From: Candidatus Spongiisociaceae bacterium
GTDB lineage: Bacteria; Actinomycetota; Acidimicrobiia; Spongiisociales; Spongiisociaceae
Direction: 5' to 3'
DNA length: 64,000 nt
NCBI GenBank assembly: GCA_965219685.1
Contig: CBDCOH010000002.1
Location: forward strand, 2,016,001-2,080,000
Of this stretch, positions 59,051 to 64,000 are shown one piece after another. Numbering within the stretch: the first letter of the stretch is position 1; every line of letters starts with the position of its first letter. Both the position numbers and the translations under genes were made by a program. Under the pieces are notes generated by a model, which saw only the letters and a list, made by a program, of their open reading frames with translations, was not told the origin of the DNA and made no database searches.

Positions 59051-59616
59051 CGGTTCGCCCGATACTCTCCGTCGGCAACCCGACGTTGCGGGTGCGGGCA
59101 ACGGAAGTACCACGCGAGGATATTGGGTCCCAGGCCGTCCAGGACCTGATCGACGACCTGATCGACACCATGCGGCATGCCAATGGCTCCGGGATCGCCG
59201 CCAACCAGGTAGGCGAGACCGTCCGGATCATGGTGATGGAGGTGGACCGGAACCCCCGTTACCCCTACAAGCCGCCGATTCCCCTGACGGTGGCCATCAA
59301 TCCCCGGTTCGAACCGCTCGGCGAAGAGACGGTGATCATCAACGAAGGATGCCTCTCGGTCCCGTTGCGGGGGGAGCTGGAGCGCTGGGTCAACCTCCGG
59401 GTCCGCTACACCGACCGGTCCGGGATCGACCACGAGCAGGTGCTTCGCGGTCTCACCGCCGGCACCTGGCAACACGAGTGCGATCACCTGGACGGGACCC
59501 TGGTGGTCGACCGGATCGATTCGACCACGCTGGCGACATGGGACGAGTTCGACGTCCACCACCGCGATGCCTTCGTCGAGCGGATAACCCGCTTCGTCGC
59601 GGAGGTGGGCTCGTGA
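59047..59616 (+). CDS. def: Peptide deformylase paralog
   Basis: All three PDF motifs: GSGIAANQVG, EGCLS, QHECDHLDG. Confidence 0.93.
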   Translation: MTVRPILSVGNPTLRVRATEVPREDIGSQAVQDLIDDLIDTMRHANGSGIAANQVGETVRIMVMEVDRNPRYPYKPPIPLTVAINPRFEPLGEETVIINEGCLSVPLRGELERWVNLRVRYTDRSGIDHEQVLRGLTAGTWQHECDHLDGTLVVDRIDSTTLATWDEFDVHHRDAFVERITRFVAEVGS

Positions 59617-60980
59617 CCAGCTGGTACTGGTGCGAGCTGGCGTGGCTCGGCGGTGATCGGGCCACCCGCGGCGTCGTCATCGAGGTCGAAGGCGACCGCA
59701 TGGCCTCGGTCACCTCAGGGCACGTCGCCCCTCCCCCCGATGCCGTCGCGCTGGCGGGACTCACGATCCCGGCCCTGGCCAACGCCCACAGCCACGCGTT
59801 CCACAGGGCGCTGCGGGGCCGTACCCAGGGCGGGAGGGGAACCTTCTGGACGTGGCGCGAGCTCATGTACGGGGTGGCGTCGAACCTGGACCCGGAGAAC
59901 TACTACCGGCTCGCCCGGGCGACCTTCGCCGAGATGGCGCTGGCCGGAGTGGGGGTGGTCGGCGAGTTCCACTACGTCCACCACCGGCCCGGAGGGGATC
60001 CGTACGACGATCCGAACGCCATCGCGATGAGCCTGGCAACCGCCGCCAGGGACGCCGGGATCCGCCTGACCCTGCTCGACACGCTGTACCTGCATGGAGG
60101 GTTCGCCCCCGGCTCCGCAACCGGGTACGCCCCGCCCACCGCCGAGCAGGCCCGCTTCACGGACGGATCCGCCGAGGCCTGGACCCGGCGCGTGGAGAGC
60201 TTGGCGCTGGCGGCGCCGGGTCCTCTCACGAAGGTGGGCGCGGCGGTTCACTCGGTGCGGGCGGCGGACCCGGCGTCGATCTCGGTCGCGGCCGGATGGG
60301 CCGGCCGGAACGGGTTACCGCTCCACGTTCATGTCTCGGAGCAGCCGGCCGAGAACGAAGCCTGCCTGGAGGTCCACGGCCGGACCCCGACCGCGGTGCT
60401 GGCCGGCGCGGGCGCGCTCGGCCCGGATACCACCCTGATCCATGCGACTCACCTCTCCGATGCTGATCTGGCCACGATCGGCGGAGCAGGGGCACTTTGC
60501 TGTATCTGTCCCACCACGGAGCGGGACCTGGCCGACGGCATCTCCCCCACCGGAGAGCTGGTCCGGACCGGGGCGGCCCTGTGCGTGGGATCGGACTCCC
60601 ACGCCGTCATCGACATCCTGGAAGAGGCTCGCGCCGTGGAGCTGGGCCAGCGGGTCCTGACCAACCGGAGGGGGACCCACCCGCCCGGAACGCTCGCCGC
60701 CATCGCCACCGCCAACGGATACCGGTCACTCGGTTGGAAACAGGGAGGCGTCATCCAGCCGGGATCCCTCGCCGATTTCACCAGCGTGGGCCTGGACTCT
60801 GTGCGACTCGCCGGGATCGATACGGACAATGCCTTGGCCGCGGTGATGTTCGCGGCCTCCGGCACCGACGTGCACAGCCTCGTCGTCGGGGGCAGGCCGG
60901 TAGTTGTCGACGGCGCCCATGTCTCGATCGACGTGGCGGGCGAACTCGGCTCGGCGATCGCCAAGGTGGTGACGGCGTGA
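59613..60980 (+). CDS. hutF: Formiminoglutamate deiminase
   Basis: [52 protein letters not shown]. Confidence 0.94.
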   Translation: MTSWYWCELAWLGGDRATRGVVIEVEGDRMASVTSGHVAPPPDAVALAGLTIPALANAHSHAFHRALRGRTQGGRGTFWTWRELMYGVASNLDPENYYRLARATFAEMALAGVGVVGEFHYVHHRPGGDPYDDPNAIAMSLATAARDAGIRLTLLDTLYLHGGFAPGSATGYAPPTAEQARFTDGSAEAWTRRVESLALAAPGPLTKVGAAVHSVRAADPASISVAAGWAGRNGLPLHVHVSEQPAENEACLEVHGRTPTAVLAGAGALGPDTTLIHATHLSDADLATIGGAGALCCICPTTERDLADGISPTGELVRTGAALCVGSDSHAVIDILEEARAVELGQRVLTNRRGTHPPGTLAAIATANGYRSLGWKQGGVIQPGSLADFTSVGLDSVRLAGIDTDNALAAVMFAASGTDVHSLVVGGRPVVVDGAHVSIDVAGELGSAIAKVVTA

Positions 60981-62176
60981 CGGTGGTGGTCGACAACATC
61001 GGTGAGCTGGTAACCAATTCCCCCGAACTCGGGGCGGGGCCGCTGGGGATCGTCGAGAACGCGTCGGTCGTGATCGCCGGCGGCGTCGTGGTCGCGATCG
61101 AACCCGCGGGGGCGATCGCAGACGAGCGCCTCGACGTGGGGGGTAGGTGCGTCCTGCCCGGCTTCGTGGACTCCCACACCCACCTGGTCTTCGCAGGTGA
61201 CCGGGCGGAGGAGTTCACCCGCCGCATGGCCGGTGAGCACTACGACGGCGGCGGGATCAGAGTGACTACCGAGGCCACCCGTTCAGCAGGTCCGGAAGCC
61301 TTGCGGGCGGGACTGGCCCGGCGCCTCGAGGAAGTCCGGCGCGCCGGCACCACAACCGTGGAGATCAAGTCGGGGTACGGGCTGTCGGTCGAGTCCGAGG
61401 CAGAGACCACCTCCCTGGCGGCCGAGGTGACCGCCGAGACCACCTTCATGGGCGCCCATGTGGTCCCGACCGAGTACCTGGGCAGGACCGACGACTACGT
61501 CGACCTGGTGCGCGGACCGATGCTCGAAGCCGCTCGACCCCACGTTCGCTGGATCGACGCCTTCTGCGAGCAGGGGGCGTTCGACGCCGACCAGTCGAGG
61601 GCGGTGCTCGAGGCAGGTCGTGAAGCAGGCCTGGGTCTACGCCTCCACGCCAACCAGCTCGACCACGGGCCCGGGGTGCAGCTGGGCGTGGAGATGGGTT
61701 GCGCGTCCGTCGACCACTGCACCTACCTGTCCGACGGCGACATCGAGGCCCTGGCAGGGAGCGACACCGTGGCGACCTTCCTGCCCGCGGCGGACTTCTC
61801 CACGCGCCAGCCCTACCCCGACGCCCGCCGCGCCATCGACGCCGGAGTCACCGTGGCGATCGCCTCCAACTGCAATCCGGGATCGAGCTACACCACCTCC
61901 ATCTCGTTCTGCATCGCGCTTGCCGTGCGTGACATGAACATGACCATCGACGAGGCGATCGCCGCCGCGACCACCGGCGGGGCGACGACGCTGCGGAGAA
62001 CCGATGTCGGGCGGCTCGTTCCCGGCGGTCCGGCTCACCTCGCCGTCCTCGACGCGCCGAGCCGGCACCACCTCGCCTACCGGCCGGGTGTGCCGCTGAT
62101 CTGGCGGACACTCGGCTCCGACTACGTACGACCATCCACCGAGCAAAGAACCCGAAGGAGAAAGGCACGCCCATGA
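60977..62176 (+). CDS. hutI: Imidazolonepropionase
   Basis: [39 protein letters not shown]. Confidence 0.95.
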   Translation: MTVVVDNIGELVTNSPELGAGPLGIVENASVVIAGGVVVAIEPAGAIADERLDVGGRCVLPGFVDSHTHLVFAGDRAEEFTRRMAGEHYDGGGIRVTTEATRSAGPEALRAGLARRLEEVRRAGTTTVEIKSGYGLSVESEAETTSLAAEVTAETTFMGAHVVPTEYLGRTDDYVDLVRGPMLEAARPHVRWIDAFCEQGAFDADQSRAVLEAGREAGLGLRLHANQLDHGPGVQLGVEMGCASVDHCTYLSDGDIEALAGSDTVATFLPAADFSTRQPYPDARRAIDAGVTVAIASNCNPGSSYTTSISFCIALAVRDMNMTIDEAIAAATTGGATTLRRTDVGRLVPGGPAHLAVLDAPSRHHLAYRPGVPLIWRTLGSDYVRPSTEQRTRRRKARP

Positions 62177-63630
62177 ACCTCCCCAACCCAACCGGACACA
62201 ACCAGTGGTACCCGTTCGCCAACCGCCCCCTGCCTCCCGAGGTCGACGGCTGCGCGGTCAACCCGGCGGCGATACCGGTCTTCGATTCCATGCCCCTGCC
62301 GCGCAGCGCCCGCTTCGTGGTGGTCGGAGCCGGTGTCCATGGCCTATCGAGTGCCTACCACCTGGCCATGTATCTCGAGCGATCGGGCATGGGCAAGGGC
62401 AGCGACGTGGTGCTGATCGACAAGCAGGGCCCGGGCGCCGGCGCCACGGGCCTGGCCTGCGGATGCGTGCGCAACCTCTACATGACCAACCCGCTGCACG
62501 CCATCCTGCGCGCCAGCGTGGAAGTGTGGGAGTCCGATCCCGTGAACTTCGGATTCCAGCAGGTCGGCTACGTATCGGTCGGCGAAGCGAACCAGTATGA
62601 GGACTACATCGAACTCCACGCCTCCCAGGCGGCCAGCGGATACCCGTCAGACCTCTACACGGGATCGGACGCGCACGCCTTCCTGACCAAGCTGTGGCCC
62701 GACTTCAAGACCGAGAACTGCGACGTGGTGCTCCACGAGCACCGCTCCGGATACGCCGGTACGCACATCGCCGTGTGGGGCCTCGACCAGAAGTGCCGCC
62801 AGTGGGGCGTGCAGCGTGTCTACGGGACCACGGTCACCGGCTACGAGCGGGACGCGGCGGGCTCCGTCACCGCGGTCGAGACCGACCACGGATCGATCTC
62901 CTGCGACCACGTGGTCGTCGGCGCCGGGGCGTGGACACCCCAGCATTGGGAGTGGCTCGGGGGACCGTCACACCTCGACGTTCTCTACCCCGACGGTCAC
63001 GTCGAGGAGCAGATGGACATGTGGACCTACTGGCGCCTCCTCGAAGGCGAAGTCATCCTTCCCGAGGGCGTGGACTTCCGGACCGCCCAGTACCGGGACT
63101 CGCCTGTCCTGCACGTGGAGCTCCTGGACACGCCGGTCTACGGCGAGGACGGGACGATGATCAAGGACCACACCTACGTGTACACGCGCTACGCGGCCGA
63201 GCGGGTGGGCGCTCCCGGCCTCCAGGGCGGGACGATCCCCATCAAGATAGGACCCCGAGCGGAGGTCGAGCCCTACGGCCACCTCAACGACCTCTACCAG
63301 GCGGAAGAATGGTTCGCCGACTACTACTGCTCCGCCCTGGGCATGCTCTTCAAGCGGCTCGAGAACCTGAGGCCCTACTTCAAAGACCGCCGGAACGGTG
63401 GGATCGGCGCGTTCACGCCCGACAACGTGCCCGTGTTCGACCATCTGGCCGACAACGCATGGGTGATCGCCGACTCCAACCACGGTTTCAAGATGATCGG
63501 CGTCGGCAAGCTGACCGCTCAGATGCTCGTCTACGGAGAGAAGCCCGACGAGTTGAAGCCGTTCACGCTCGACCGGTACCGCACCGGCAGCACGTTCGGG
63601 GACCGGAACTCGAACAGCCCGTGGGTATAG
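62173..63630 (+). CDS. FAD-dependent oxidoreductase, sarcosine-oxidase-beta/N-methylglutamate dehydrogenase A-like
   Basis: [49 protein letters not shown]; ATGA coupling to hutI. Confidence 0.8.
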   Translation: MNLPNPTGHNQWYPFANRPLPPEVDGCAVNPAAIPVFDSMPLPRSARFVVVGAGVHGLSSAYHLAMYLERSGMGKGSDVVLIDKQGPGAGATGLACGCVRNLYMTNPLHAILRASVEVWESDPVNFGFQQVGYVSVGEANQYEDYIELHASQAASGYPSDLYTGSDAHAFLTKLWPDFKTENCDVVLHEHRSGYAGTHIAVWGLDQKCRQWGVQRVYGTTVTGYERDAAGSVTAVETDHGSISCDHVVVGAGAWTPQHWEWLGGPSHLDVLYPDGHVEEQMDMWTYWRLLEGEVILPEGVDFRTAQYRDSPVLHVELLDTPVYGEDGTMIKDHTYVYTRYAAERVGAPGLQGGTIPIKIGPRAEVEPYGHLNDLYQAEEWFADYYCSALGMLFKRLENLRPYFKDRRNGGIGAFTPDNVPVFDHLADNAWVIADSNHGFKMIGVGKLTAQMLVYGEKPDELKPFTLDRYRTGSTFGDRNSNSPWV

Positions 63631-63828
63631 GAAGGTACTGAGAGACCCCTTGCGAGAGGGTTCGCGCGGAAGTCGCCCGCCCGCAGGCCAGGTCGTGTCC
63701 GGTGAGAGAACCCCGCAGGTCTCGTGTCCCGGTACCCTCTTGGGGTGGTCGGCAACCCTACGGCGAGAGCAGGTCCATCGGTGAGGTAGGCCGGACTGCC
63801 GGACCGCGAGCAGGAGGGGTGGTACTCC

Positions 63829-64000
63829 TTGAACACCCAACCCGATGCACCTGTAAGGGCTGCAACCTACCTGGGCGAGAACAGCCTGCCCATCATGGAC
63901 GATCTGGTTCAGTACCTGTCAGTGGCGACCGGCATCGATGTGGTCGTCGATCCCGCAGCAGCCAGAAGTACGGCCGAGGCATGCCGGCAGGCCCCCAAGC
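63829..64000 (+). CDS. Partial ORF, possibly a PhnD-like substrate-binding protein
   Basis: AGGAGG then TTG; VRAATYLGENSLPIMDDLVQYLSVATGI; open to the window end. Confidence 0.4.
   Translation, partial: MNTQPDAPVRAATYLGENSLPIMDDLVQYLSVATGIDVVVDPAAARSTAEACRQAPK

Noticed and set aside
1-64000. tRNA, rRNA, integrase or transposase
   Set aside because: No cloverleaf, rRNA-like segment, DDE or tyrosine/serine recombinase motifs seen by eye

Overview
High-GC, actinobacterial-style DNA (many GTG/TTG starts, apparent leaderless genes; the gene style suggests Acidimicrobiia, which is inference) almost entirely devoted to catabolism of small nitrogenous compounds. It holds (i) a ~14.8 kb minus-strand run of amidohydrolases, two M24-fold paralogs, an aminotransferase and sugar-acid enzymes; (ii) two ThDP enzymes, three phosphotriesterase-like proteins and a class III aminotransferase, with a glycine-riboswitch-like leader; (iii) a bicupin-nitrilase-cyclase operon facing a molybdenum hydroxylase locus with three large subunits and an NMT1/THI5-type ABC transporter; (iv) a divergent adenosylhomocysteinase; (v) a histidine utilisation locus (hutH, IclR, hutU, hutF, hutI) with no hutG but with an MttB-family methyltransferase, an unknown protein, a peptide deformylase paralog and an N-methylglutamate-dehydrogenase-A-like flavoprotein in the same coupled run. 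Small toxin-antitoxin or defence-like modules sit at block boundaries (DUF5678-like plus retropepsin pair, MNT-HEPN, HigBA, VapBC, McrB relic, two AAA_14/DUF4143 ATPases each preceded by 23-bp-period repeats). The best novelty candidate is the expanded hut operon, a possible N-methylhistidine/hercynine pathway with a peptide deformylase replacing HutG. No rRNA, tRNA, CRISPR array or transposase was seen. All family calls come from motif recognition, not database searches.
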